64,000 nt of DNA, taken from Rhizobium sp. Q54 (GTDB taxonomy: Bacteria; Pseudomonadota; Alphaproteobacteria; UBA2966; CAIVPW01). Shown here one piece after another: positions 8,865 to 22,525 of this stretch. The stretch spans positions 20,739 to 84,738 of the forward strand of contig CAMDCA010000003.1 in assembly GCA_945889645.1 (NCBI GenBank). The letters are read 5' to 3'. Below the pieces are notes generated by a model that saw only the letters and a list, made by a program, of their open reading frames with translations, did no database searches and was not told where the DNA came from. Position numbers and translations under genes: made by a program. Position 1 is the first letter of the stretch. Each line of letters starts with the position of its first letter.

Positions 8865-10304
8865 CTAGCGCGGCAGGGTCGTCGAACCCATTAGGAATTC
8901 GTCCACTGAGCGGGCGCACTGGCGGCCTTCGCGGATGGCCCACACGACCAGGGACTGGCCGCGGCGCATGTCGCCGGCGGCGAAGACCACCTCGAGCGAG
9001 GTGCGGTACTGGTCGGTGTTGGCCTCGACGTTGCCGCGCTTGTCGCGTGCCACGCCCAGCTCGGCGAGCATGCCGTCGTGCGTGGGATGGACGAATCCCA
9101 TCGCCAGCAGCACGAGGTCGGCGGGCAGGGTGAATTCGGATCCGGGGACGCGCTGCAGCTTGGCGTCGAGCTTGACGCAATGCAGCAGCGTCACCTTGCC
9201 GTCTTTGCCCGTGAGCTTCTCGGTCGCGATGGAGAAGTCGCGCGCGGCGCCCTCTTCCTGCGACGACGAGGTGCGGAACTTGAGCGGCCATTCCGGCCAC
9301 ACCAGGTCCTTGTTCTCTTGCTCGGGCGGGCGCGGCATGATTTCCAGCTGAGTCACCGACTTGGCGCCCTGGCGGAACGAGGTGCCGATGCAGTCGGACC
9401 CGGTGTCACCCCCGCCGATGACGACGACATGCTTTCCCGTCGCAACCAGCTCGCGATTGGTGCCGAGCGGCTCGCCCGACACCCGGCGGTTCTGCTGCGG
9501 CAGAAAGTCCATGGCGAAGTGGACGCCATCGAGTTCGCGGCCGGGGACAGTAAGGTCGCGCGGCGCTTCTGAGCCACCGGACAGGACGACCGCGTCGAAC
9601 TCCTTGAGGAGTTGCTTGGCGGGCAGGTCCTTGCCGACGTGGACGCCGGTGCGCATGACGACGCCTTCAGCTTCCATCTGCGCGACGCGGCGGTCGATGG
9701 GCTGTTTGTCCATCTTGAAGTCGGGGATGCCATAGCGCAGCAGGCCGCCGATCTTCTGGTTCTTCTCGAACAGCGTGACGGCGTGGCCCGCGCGCGCCAA
9801 CTGCTGCGCGCACGCCATGCCGGCAGGGCCGGAGCCGATCACCGCGACCTTCTTGCCGGTGCGCGTGCCGGCGGGCAGGGGGACGACCCAGCCTTCTTTC
9901 CAGGCGTGATCGACGATGGCGCATTCGATGGTCTTGATGGTGACCGGGTCGCTGATGATGTTCAGCGTGCACGACTCTTCGCACGGCGCCGGGCAGATGC
10001 GGCCGGTGAACTCCGGGAAGTTGTTGGTCGAGTGCAGCGTCTCGGATGCCTCGCGCCAACGGCCGCGATAGACGAGGTCGTTCCAGTCCGGACTCAGGTT
10101 GTTGACCGGGCAGCCCTGGGTGGCCTGGGTCTTGTCGCCGTGGCAGAACGGGATGCCGCAATCCATGCAGCGCCCGCCCTGCCTGGAGAGCTCAGCGTCG
10201 TCGAGTGCGACGGTGAACTCATGGAAGTGCCGCAGCCGTTCGGAGACGGGCTCGTATTCCCGATCCCGGCTAGGGATCTCGAGAAAGCCAGTGATCTTGC
10301 CCAT
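8865..10304 (-). CDS. gltD: glutamate synthase (NADPH) small subunit
   Basis: Fe-S cysteine cluster (CMDCGIPFC..), FAD/NAD Rossmann motifs [10 protein letters not shown] and [10 protein letters not shown]. 479 aa. Confidence 0.9.
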   Translation of the reverse strand: MGKITGFLEIPSRDREYEPVSERLRHFHEFTVALDDAELSRQGGRCMDCGIPFCHGDKTQATQGCPVNNLSPDWNDLVYRGRWREASETLHSTNNFPEFTGRICPAPCEESCTLNIISDPVTIKTIECAIVDHAWKEGWVVPLPAGTRTGKKVAVIGSGPAGMACAQQLARAGHAVTLFEKNQKIGGLLRYGIPDFKMDKQPIDRRVAQMEAEGVVMRTGVHVGKDLPAKQLLKEFDAVVLSGGSEAPRDLTVPGRELDGVHFAMDFLPQQNRRVSGEPLGTNRELVATGKHVVVIGGGDTGSDCIGTSFRQGAKSVTQLEIMPRPPEQENKDLVWPEWPLKFRTSSSQEEGAARDFSIATEKLTGKDGKVTLLHCVKLDAKLQRVPGSEFTLPADLVLLAMGFVHPTHDGMLAELGVARDKRGNVEANTDQYRTSLEVVFAAGDMRRGQSLVVWAIREGRQCARSVDEFLMGSTTLPR

Positions 10305-10307
10305 AGC

Positions 10308-14936
<4,629 letters not shown>

Positions 14937-15216
14937 GTGCAGTCGCACTCGAAACTTTACGCGGCACACCCAACAAGGCGGCCGACTGACGCGCGCAGAG
15001 CCGTCCGCCCCATGGCGAACGAACCACGCCCCCGCGCTCTAGGTACTTGGATCGCGTCCTGGTGACGGCCCCGTCTTGCGACAGGCCCCCGACGGCTCCG
15101 GATACCGGACCGCCAATTATGGTCCAACTCGCCCCGAGATTCACGGGGTTTGCACGGCGGTCCTAGCCGGGTGCGGCGGCACGCCGCTGGTCAGGATTCT
15201 TGGCCCGCCGGCGGAC

Positions 15217-15684
15217 CTATTCCTTGGGCCGCCAAGCGCTAGCTTCGCGTTCGATCACGACGCGCTCGTCGTTGGTGACACCCTGGATCAGACTGAACAG
15301 CATGCCGCCAGCATCCGGGTTACCGGAGTTGCGGGCGATGAAGGCCCATTTCAAGGCCGCGGCGGGGTCCTTGGCCACCAGCTCGCCTTCGGCGTAGGCG
15401 ATGGCGAGGAACAGTTGGCTCTTAGGCACACCCTGCTCTGCGGCGAGGGCATGCCACTTCAAGGCCTCCTCCTCGTTCTTCTCGACCCCAAGACCGTGCA
15501 GATAGAGGTCGGCAACGTTGGAGCGGGCGCCTGGATTGCCTTCTTTGGCCAGGGGCAGCCACTCCTTCATGGCCGTGGCCCAGTCGTCCTTCTGCGCAGC
15601 AAGAACGCCTTCGTAGAAGCCGGCGCTGGCGGGTCCTGCGAGACCGCAAACCAGCAGCACACCGAATAGCGCACGCGCAAACAT
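15217..15684 (-). CDS. secreted Sel1-like repeat protein
   Basis: Signal peptide MFARALFGVLLVCGLAGPASA. Sel1-type units (..AAEQGVPKSQLFLAIAYAEG..). Confidence 0.7.
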   Translation of the reverse strand: MFARALFGVLLVCGLAGPASAGFYEGVLAAQKDDWATAMKEWLPLAKEGNPGARSNVADLYLHGLGVEKNEEEALKWHALAAEQGVPKSQLFLAIAYAEGELVAKDPAAALKWAFIARNSGNPDAGGMLFSLIQGVTNDERVVIEREASAWRPKE

Positions 15685-15852
15685 GGATCGTCCTCCCGAC
15701 GACTCTGTCGGGCGACACTAACACGGCCGACTAGCGCTGTTTGGGGCGTGCCTTGCCCGTGGCCTTGGCGGCCTTCGCCACACCCTCGTGGCAGACCGCT
15801 TCGATGTTGTGGCCGTCTTACGGACCTTGAACCCGAAGTGGTCGAATACGTG

Positions 15853-17109
15853 TCAGGCGGCTTGGCCGCCTGGCAGGATCGCGTCGGTCGTGTTGGCGGT
15901 GGCGAGGTCGACGCGCTCAAGCGACGCGCCCTCGAGGTTGACGCGCGCCAGGTTGGCTCCGCGCAGGTTGGCGCCGTCGAGCGTGGCGCCGCGCAGGTCA
16001 CAGTCGGACAGGTCGGCGCCGGACAGGTCGGCACCGGTGAGATTGGTCGGCCAGTGGCGCGTGCCGTCCTTGGTGCGCAGCGGAGCCTTGCTCATCTGCG
16101 TGCGGCGGAACTTCGCCATCACCACCGACGCGTCCTTCAAGTTGGCGCCGCGCATGTCCGCCTGAGTGAAGTCGGTGTTCGTGAGGACGGCGCCAGAGAA
16201 GTCGGCGAACATCAGCATCGCCTTAGTGAAGCTTGCACCGGCGAGGTTCGCGCGCGTAAACGTGGCGGCGTTCAGCACCATGCCGCTGAAGTCTGCGTCG
16301 CGCAGGTCGGCGCCCGGCAGCTCGGCGCGCTTGCCGCGCTCGCCGCCGCTTTCGACCCACGTGACGTGATTTTTCAGCACGTCCTGAATGTCGACCGAGA
16401 ACGAGTCGAGGCGGCGCGCCATCTGCGAGCCGCGCACGTCGGCGCCGGATAGGTCGACATCCTTGAGCGCGACGCCCTTGAAGTTGGAGCCATTGAACTT
16501 GGCGAAGCGCAGGTTGGCCTGCGCCAGCGTGGCGCCCGCCAGGTCGGCGTTCTGGACATTGGCGCCTTCGAGATTGGCGCCCGTCAAATCCGCACCGGAC
16601 AAGTTGGAGCGGATGACGTTGGTGCCCTTCATCTCCACGCGTTTCATCGACGCGCCGGCGAAGCTGGTCTCGGTCAGGTTGGCGCCGTTGAGCTTGGCAT
16701 CATCCATCTCTGTCTCAGACAGATCGGCGAGCATCCGTTTGTCGGTGCCCGACATGGTGCCGGGACGCAGATCGGCTTCAGACAGATTGGCTCCGACCAG
16801 CTTTGCGCGGTGCAACTGTGCGCCGCGCATGTCGGCACGGAAGAAGTTGCTGCCGCGCGCGTCCGCGCCGACCAGATTCGCGCAGAACATGTCGGTGAAC
16901 CCCAGATCGGCGTCGTGCAACGTGCTGCGGCTAAGGTTAATGCCGGTGAGGATCGCGCCAGACAGGTTGATACGCGGGAAGCGCAAACCCGAAAGATTCA
17001 CGAAGCGCAACTCGGCCCGCTTGCCACCGCCGCGTCCGGCCACAAAGCGCTGGTGCGCGAGCACCGCGTTGGCGAACTCTTGGGGAGTCATGACGATGGA
17101 AACGACCAT
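15853..17109 (-). CDS. pentapeptide-repeat protein (two repeat blocks separated by a linker)
   Basis: Long runs of A(D/N)LxG(A/T)NL pentapeptides. Two halves each begin with ..V.xGGxxGKRAEL. ATG at 17109 has upstream GGAG; alternative ATG 17091. Confidence 0.75.
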   Translation of the reverse strand: MVVSIVMTPQEFANAVLAHQRFVAGRGGGKRAELRFVNLSGLRFPRINLSGAILTGINLSRSTLHDADLGFTDMFCANLVGADARGSNFFRADMRGAQLHRAKLVGANLSEADLRPGTMSGTDKRMLADLSETEMDDAKLNGANLTETSFAGASMKRVEMKGTNVIRSNLSGADLTGANLEGANVQNADLAGATLAQANLRFAKFNGSNFKGVALKDVDLSGADVRGSQMARRLDSFSVDIQDVLKNHVTWVESGGERGKRAELPGADLRDADFSGMVLNAATFTRANLAGASFTKAMLMFADFSGAVLTNTDFTQADMRGANLKDASVVMAKFRRTQMSKAPLRTKDGTRHWPTNLTGADLSGADLSDCDLRGATLDGANLRGANLARVNLEGASLERVDLATANTTDAILPGGQAA

Positions 17110-17304
17110 GGCAGCGGGGCTCCAGCCCTAGGGCCACTCCCCCAGCGTTTCTCGCGAATCATCGGTAACGCTAGCATCGTTCCCAAGTCTTAGCCACACG
17201 ACGGCATGTAGATTTGATCGCGGCAGACACGACGTCCGTCGATGTGCACGAAAAGCACAAAACGCCTCGCGGGCGGCCCAGGCCTTCAAACGATTCGTCG
17301 TGGG

Positions 17305-17517
17305 CTAGGTGGCGCGATCCAGCCTGAGGTTGGTCGCGCGCATAACGCCGCTGTCGCGGCTTGGTTCGAAGCTGATGGCCATTCCGGCCGTCAGTTCTTT
17401 GAGACCCGACATATCGCGCGCGGTGAAGTGTACGAAGATGTCAGGCGAACCATCGCCCTGCTGAATGAAGCCATAGCCCAGGCGAGCGTCGAACCACTTG
17501 ACCTTGCCCTGCGCCAT
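17305..17517 (-). CDS. cspA: cold-shock protein (CspA family)
   Basis: MAQGKVKWFDARLGYGFIQQGDGSPDIFVHFTA.. has RNP1/RNP2-like motifs. 70 aa; alternative ATG at 17523. Confidence 0.85.
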   Translation of the reverse strand: MAQGKVKWFDARLGYGFIQQGDGSPDIFVHFTARDMSGLKELTAGMAISFEPSRDSGVMRATNLRLDRAT

Positions 17518-17633
17518 GAGCATCACCGATGAGAGTGTCCGCTGGCATTCACCATCGCAAGGCGTGTGCCACGCGCTAGCTGCGCCTAAGTGATTGCAAT
17601 TAAGTGATTCTTCCCGCTTGAGCGGGCGCCGCT

Positions 17634-17671
17634 CGGACCGTGGGTGGCTATTTTCAGCCACCCACGGTCCG
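17634..17671. promoter_or_regulatory. perfect 16-bp-stem palindrome (cggaccgtgggtggct-attttc-agccacccacggtccg) in the divergent cspA / membrane-spermidine-synthase intergenic region
   Basis: Read directly. Preceded by hairpin cccgc-ttga-gcggg (17613-17626) and direct repeat taagtgatt x2 (17588-17609). No T-tract follows on either strand. Confidence 0.5.
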
Positions 17672-17804
17672 GAGCCGGCACTTGGCGATGGCGGCCGCAC
17701 GCGCGCGCTGTATAACGCGCCGGATCGCGGGGGGGCGGACAGTCGCGGTGAGCAACTTCGAAAGCAGCAACCCGGCGCCGCCATCGCGGGGCGCCCCGTT
17801 CGTC

Positions 17805-20156
17805 ATGCCCGCCTATGCGGTGACGCTGTTCCTTAGCGCGTTCCTGTTGTTCGCGGTCCAGCCGATGTTCACCAAGATGGTGCTGCCGCGGCTCGGCGGC
17901 TCACCCGCCGTGTGGAATACGGCCATGGTGTTCTTCCAGGCCACCCTGTTGGCTGGGTACGCCTACGCGCACCTGAGCACCCGGTACCTGGCCGTCCGCG
18001 CCCAGCAAGCGGTGCACGCGGTGCTGCTGCTGGCAGCGTTCGCCTTCTTGCCCATAGCGATCGACCCAGCGGTTGAGGCGCCGACGGAGGGCACGCCGGT
18101 GTTCTGGCTTATTGGGGTCCTCGCGACGTCGGTCGGCTTGCCGTTCCTCGCCGTGTCGGCAACTGCGCCCCTCCTGCAGCGCTGGTTCGCCCACGTCGAT
18201 CATCCGCACGCGCACGATCCGTACTTTCTGTATGGCGGCAGCAATCTCGGCAGCCTGATCGCACTACTGGCGTACCCGCTGCTGATCGAACTGAACTTCG
18301 GGCTGATCCGGCAGACGCACCTGTGGGCCCTCGGCTACGCGCTGCTGGTGTTGGCGATCGGCGTGTGCGGATGGTTGTTGCTGCGCCACTACCGCGCCGC
18401 CGAGGCGGAAGAGGGCGGCGTCTTCGCGCCGCTGATCGCTCGCGTGACGTGGAAGCTGCGGTTGCGCTGGCTGGTCCTGTCGCTGGTGCCGGCGGCTATT
18501 CTGCTTGGCGCGACGTTGCACGTCGGCACCGACATTGCGGCGGCGCCATTCTTGTGGGTGCTGCCGCTCGCTCTCTACCTGCTGTCGTTCGTGCTGGTGT
18601 TCGCGCGCCGCCCGTTGCTGCCGCACGTCGCGATGATCTGGGGCCAGGCGCTGTGGCTGGTGTTGGTCGTCGTTCTGTTCGAGACGCCGCACCTATATGC
18701 GTTGTTGGTCCTGCACCTGGGCGGTGTGTTCTTCACGGCCATGGTGTGCCACGGCGAATTGGCGCGGCTGCGCCCGACGGTGTCGCGGCTGACCGAGTTC
18801 TACCTGTGGATGTCGCTCGGCGGCGTGCTCGGCGGAATCCTCGCGGCCATCGTCGCGCCGTTGGTGTTCAACAGCGTGTACGAGTACCCGCTGGCGATGC
18901 TGGCCGCTGTCCTCCTGCGCCCGTGGCCGCAGTGGCCATCGGCCGCCAAGCGATTTGGCGTCTACCGTTGGGCACTCGACATTGCGCTGCCCATTGCGTT
19001 GTTCGCCCTTCTGACCGAGGACCACTGGCAGGATTGGACCGCAGCCGCCGTCTATTGGCTGTTCGACCACAATGTCCTCGGCATCGCCAATCGGACCGTC
19101 GAAGCGCTCCTGCCGTGGGACGACGTGCTAGCCAGCGCAACCTTCATCGCTACAACGATCCTGTTCCTGTTGGCGCTCTCGACGCGGCCGCTGCGACTCG
19201 CGCTCGGCATGGTCGCAGTGCTGGCGGTCGAGTCGCCGGACGTGCTCGGAACCCTGCGCTACAGCATGACGGACGGATCGATTCCGCTGCCGAAACTCTC
19301 CTGGTCTGCGCCGGAGTACCGGCTTGAACGCGTGCGCAGCTTTTTCGGCGTCTATTCCGTCAACTACGCGAGGGCCAGCAGCGGCGAGTACCACATCCTG
19401 GTCAACGGCACGACCAACCACGGCGCGCAGAACCGCACCTATTCGCTGCTGCCGATCACCTACTACGCCCGCGAAGGACCGGTAGGGCAGGCGTTCTCGA
19501 TCATGCGGGACGACGGGAACGTGCCGGCGCGGGTGGGCGCGATCGGTCTCGGCGTTGGTTCGGTGTCTTGCTACGTCGGGCCGGACCAGCGCATGCGGTT
19601 CTTCGAGATCGATCCGGTCGAGGCGGCGATCGCCCAGGACCAGCGCTACTTCACGTATCTAAGCGGCTGCGGGCGCGGCCCGATCGATATCGTCATCGGC
19701 GACGGGCGCCTGAACATGACTCGGGAGCCGGATGCGTCGTTCGACGTGATTCTCGTGGACGCATTCAGCGGCGACGCAATCCCGGTGCACTTGCTCACCA
19801 AGGAGGCGATCGAACTCTATTTCCGCAAGCTGGCGCCGAAGGGGCTGCTTCTGCTGCACATCACCAACACCTACGTCGATCTGTCGCCGGTGGTGGCAAA
19901 TGTGGTGCAGGAGCTGGGCCTGCACGGCCGCGAGGTCGACTTCAACGACGCCTTTATGACGCCGTTCGGGTTGCCGTCGCAGTGGGTTGTCGTTGCGCGC
20001 CCGGAGGAAAACGACCTGGAGCGCTTCGGCTGGCAGAGGGTGCCGTGGATGCCGCTCAACCCGGTGCCGGGCAAGGGCGTGTGGACCGACGACTTCTCCA
20101 ACCTGGTCCGCAACCTGCGTTGGGATCAGTACGCGGTCATTCCGCTCGAATTCTAG
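17805..20156 (+). CDS. fused polytopic membrane domain + spermidine-synthase-like (polyamine aminopropyltransferase fold) protein
   Basis: ORF 17640..20156 trimmed to ATG 17805 (MPAYAVTLFLSAF..). About 12 hydrophobic helices, then a C-terminal SpeE-like domain (..VGAIGLGVGS.., ..VILVDAFSGDAIPVHLLTKE..). Confidence 0.75.
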   Translation: MPAYAVTLFLSAFLLFAVQPMFTKMVLPRLGGSPAVWNTAMVFFQATLLAGYAYAHLSTRYLAVRAQQAVHAVLLLAAFAFLPIAIDPAVEAPTEGTPVFWLIGVLATSVGLPFLAVSATAPLLQRWFAHVDHPHAHDPYFLYGGSNLGSLIALLAYPLLIELNFGLIRQTHLWALGYALLVLAIGVCGWLLLRHYRAAEAEEGGVFAPLIARVTWKLRLRWLVLSLVPAAILLGATLHVGTDIAAAPFLWVLPLALYLLSFVLVFARRPLLPHVAMIWGQALWLVLVVVLFETPHLYALLVLHLGGVFFTAMVCHGELARLRPTVSRLTEFYLWMSLGGVLGGILAAIVAPLVFNSVYEYPLAMLAAVLLRPWPQWPSAAKRFGVYRWALDIALPIALFALLTEDHWQDWTAAAVYWLFDHNVLGIANRTVEALLPWDDVLASATFIATTILFLLALSTRPLRLALGMVAVLAVESPDVLGTLRYSMTDGSIPLPKLSWSAPEYRLERVRSFFGVYSVNYARASSGEYHILVNGTTNHGAQNRTYSLLPITYYAREGPVGQAFSIMRDDGNVPARVGAIGLGVGSVSCYVGPDQRMRFFEIDPVEAAIAQDQRYFTYLSGCGRGPIDIVIGDGRLNMTREPDASFDVILVDAFSGDAIPVHLLTKEAIELYFRKLAPKGLLLLHITNTYVDLSPVVANVVQELGLHGREVDFNDAFMTPFGLPSQWVVVARPEENDLERFGWQRVPWMPLNPVPGKGVWTDDFSNLVRNLRWDQYAVIPLEF

Positions 20157-20189
20157 GCCGCTCGAATTCCAGTCCGCTCGAATTCTAGG
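20142..20189. repeat. 3 x 16-bp tandem repeat ccgctcgaattc(tagg/cagt/tagg), repeating the PLEF* gene end
   Basis: Read directly. Copies 1 and 3 identical, copy 2 differs at 2 positions. First copy contains the TAG stop of the preceding CDS. Each copy carries an EcoRI-type gaattc. Confidence 0.85.
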
Positions 20190-20354
20190 ACTGCGGGATT
20201 TCGCGCTACCCTTGGCGATCAGCGAGATCGCTGCGGGGCGGGGAATTTTCAGTTCTTTCTCGAGCTTCTTCACCGCCTCTTCGCTGGCGAGCTTCATGTC
20301 GCCGTTGTTGTTGGCGAGGGCATCGAAGAGGGCTTGCTTCGCTTTGTCCGACAT
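20157..20354 (-). CDS. candidate small protein gene (MSDKAKQALFDALANNNGDMKLASEEAVKKLEKELK..) whose stop codon is displaced by the tandem repeat
   Basis: ATG 20354 preceded by AAGG. First ~37 codons have high GC3 typical of genuine genes here. No in-frame stop until 19659, so the present reading frame overlaps the convergent gene. Confidence 0.3.
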
Positions 20355-20421
20355 AGCCTTGGAGCACGACCACCAATTGTTCGGGGCGCCAGTCTAGCAA
20401 GTCCGGACTGAGAGCGGAGTG

Positions 20422-20913
20422 CTACCGCTTGGCCTTGCCGCGTTTGGATGCAGGTTTGCGGGCCTTCGGCTTCGCCGCCTTGCGCGCAGTCGACTTCTTG
20501 GCGGCCGGGCCGGATTTGCGCGCCGGCGCGGCACTGGCCTGCACCGCACCAACCTTCGGCGGCTGCAGCACGCCAAACAGGATTCCGTCCGGGTCGGCGA
20601 AGTAGCCGTGCAGGCCGACGTTGGGAATGTGGTAGGGGCCCTGGACGAGCCGCCCGCCGGCCTTCTCGATCTTGGCCTGCGCCGACTTGAACGCCTTCAC
20701 CTCAACGGTGTTGATCACCGGCTGCCCGAGGCGACCGGCGTCCATGATGCCTCCGTCGATGCCGACCTCGGTCTTCGCGCCGGTCGACGCCATCCAATAT
20801 GTCTGTCCTGGCATTTCCCACGCGTTGATCTTCCAGCCCAGGGCGTCCTTGTAGAATTTGGTGGCGGTGGCGGTGTTCTTGGCCAGGATCTCGAAGTGGA
20901 TGACGCGCGGCAT
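20422..20913 (-). CDS. VOC (glyoxalase/bleomycin-resistance fold) protein with Lys/Ala/Pro-rich histone-H1-like C-terminal tail
   Basis: ORF 20422..20949(-) trimmed to ATG 20913 (MPRVIHFEILAKN..). C-terminal 45 aa ..PARKSGPAAKKSTARKAAKPKARKPASKRGKAKR. Confidence 0.7.
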   Translation of the reverse strand: MPRVIHFEILAKNTATATKFYKDALGWKINAWEMPGQTYWMASTGAKTEVGIDGGIMDAGRLGQPVINTVEVKAFKSAQAKIEKAGGRLVQGPYHIPNVGLHGYFADPDGILFGVLQPPKVGAVQASAAPARKSGPAAKKSTARKAAKPKARKPASKRGKAKR

Positions 20914-20984
20914 GGCAGCAACCCCCGGTGTAGTCGGAGCAAGGCACAACTTGTAGCCGCGGTTCCGTTCGGTGCAACCGTGCC

Positions 20985-21290
20985 GTGGATGTCGCCGCGG
21001 TACTGCGCTACGTCGTGTTCGAGGCGTCGGTGACTGAACTCACCGAGCCCTTCGATATGAGCCAGCCGGCGATTTCCAAGCACATCCAAGTGCTGGAACG
21101 GGCAGGCCTGGTGTCGCGCAGCCGCGACGCGCAGCGCCGCCCCGTCAAGCTGGAGGCCAAACCGCTGGCCGCCGCCAACCAGTGGATCGAACGCTACCGC
21201 GAACATTGGGAGGGGGCCTTTCAGCGGCTCGATGCGCTGTTGAGCGAACTGCAGGCACCGCATCCCAAGAAGAAGCGGGGGGCGCCATGA
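20985..21290 (+). CDS. ArsR/SmtB-family transcriptional regulator (short N-terminus)
   Basis: GTG start. wHTH ..ELTEPFDMSQPAISKHIQVLERAGLV. Stop overlaps start of downstream SRPBCC gene (ATGA). Confidence 0.65.
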   Translation: MDVAAVLRYVVFEASVTELTEPFDMSQPAISKHIQVLERAGLVSRSRDAQRRPVKLEAKPLAAANQWIERYREHWEGAFQRLDALLSELQAPHPKKKRGAP

Positions 21291-21790
21291 GTACGGGCGC
21301 GATGTATGCCCTGAAGGTGACGACGCGCGGCGAGTGCGAGATTGTCATGACGCGGATGTTCGATGCGCCGCGCCGCCTGGTGTTCGACGCGTGGACCAAA
21401 CCCGACCTGCTCAAGCGCTGGTTCGGCGGTCCGCGCGGATGGTCCTTGGTCGAGTGCGACATCGACCTGCGCCCCGGCGGCAGGTATCGCTTCCTCGCGC
21501 GCCACCTGGACGGGCGCGATATGGGCTGGGGCGGCACCTACAAGGAAGTTGTCGCGCCCGAGCGCGTTGTCTTCACCGAGGCGTTCGACCAGAAGTGGTA
21601 CGCAGGCGAGTCACTGATCACGCAGCAGATCACGGAGGAGGGGGCCAACAAGACGCTGGTTACCAGTGTCCTGCAGTACGACTCCAAGGCCACGCGGGAC
21701 GCGGTGCTCAAGTCGCCCATGGAGTCCGGTGTCGCCGAAGGCCACCGCCGGTTGGACGAATTCCTCGCGGCGGAACTGGCCAAGGACTGA
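21287..21790 (+). CDS. SRPBCC-superfamily (AHSA1/activator of Hsp90 ATPase-like) protein
   Basis: ORF 21182..21790 trimmed to ATG 21287. Classic ArsR-SRPBCC gene pair. Confidence 0.75.
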   Translation: MSTGAMYALKVTTRGECEIVMTRMFDAPRRLVFDAWTKPDLLKRWFGGPRGWSLVECDIDLRPGGRYRFLARHLDGRDMGWGGTYKEVVAPERVVFTEAFDQKWYAGESLITQQITEEGANKTLVTSVLQYDSKATRDAVLKSPMESGVAEGHRRLDEFLAAELAKD

Positions 21791-21793
21791 CGC

Positions 21794-22474
21794 CTAGCCG
21801 CTTCGGGCCTTTGCGTTGGATAGGTCGCGGATCGTGCTGCGGCCGATCCAGGACTGAGGTCCTTCGGTCGATTGAGTCAGGATCTTCGCCAAGTTCAGCG
21901 CGGCCACGCGCAGCGAAGGGTTGCGCTTGCCGAGCGCGCGCAGGGACATGTCGATGCCCTTCTTTACGTAGTCACGCTCGTCTAGGGCGGCGCGCTCGAT
22001 CAACGGCAGGCAGTCGAGGAACTGGCGGTCGGGCGCGTCCTTGTCGTGGACCGTGAGGCCCCACAACAACGCAAACGCGCCGCGCTTCTTGAACTCGGGT
22101 TTGGTGCCGGCCCACGTCTTCACCTTTGACCAGGCGAGGGGCGCGCGGTCGCACAGAGCGAAGCACACCGTGTCGCACACCGCCCAGCTGTCGAAGTCCG
22201 ATGCCCACCGATCCATTTGTACGCCGGTCACGCGATCCGGCTCGCCGACGAAGGCGGCAAGGAGTCGCGCTTCGTAGACACCCGATTTCCACAGCTCGCC
22301 TGAGAGGGCGTGGTCGCGGCCAATCGTCTTGGCGTAACGCTTGACGTCCCCGACCGTCACTCCGACGGCGTTGGTCGACGGGATGCCATAGCGGGCCATG
22401 CCCGCCACGACGCTCTTCTTGCCCTGGTGTTTGAGCCGGGCAAGGGCTGTTTGTGCGGTGATCGGATCGGTCAT
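21794..22474 (-). CDS. DNA alkylation repair protein (AlkD/AlkC-like HEAT-repeat family)
   Basis: C-terminal 226 aa of ORF 21794..22831(-) from ATG 22474 (MTDPITAQTALARL..). Resembles DNA_alkylation family. Confidence 0.65.
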   Translation of the reverse strand: MTDPITAQTALARLKHQGKKSVVAGMARYGIPSTNAVGVTVGDVKRYAKTIGRDHALSGELWKSGVYEARLLAAFVGEPDRVTGVQMDRWASDFDSWAVCDTVCFALCDRAPLAWSKVKTWAGTKPEFKKRGAFALLWGLTVHDKDAPDRQFLDCLPLIERAALDERDYVKKGIDMSLRALGKRNPSLRVAALNLAKILTQSTEGPQSWIGRSTIRDLSNAKARSG

Positions 22475-22496
22475 TGAGCGAGAATAGAAGGCGCGA

Positions 22497-22525
22497 GGCC
22501 TCGATCGAACCAGTCGATCGAGGCC
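22497..22525. terminator. perfect 12-bp-stem hairpin ggcctcgatcga-accag-tcgatcgaggcc
   Basis: Read directly. Lies ~245 nt downstream of lysR and just upstream of the alkD-like start. Weak T-richness (ccttctattct) follows on the minus strand. Confidence 0.3.

Noticed and set aside
19659-20354. Treating the full 231-codon minus-strand ORF as a real gene
   Set aside because: Everything beyond about codon 60 is antisense to the well-supported membrane/SpeE-like gene and has non-protein-like composition. Only the N-terminal segment looks coding.
20394-20420. RNase P RNA-like AAGTCCGG motif
   Set aside because: Only an 8-10 nt match; none of the other universally conserved RNase P blocks are nearby.
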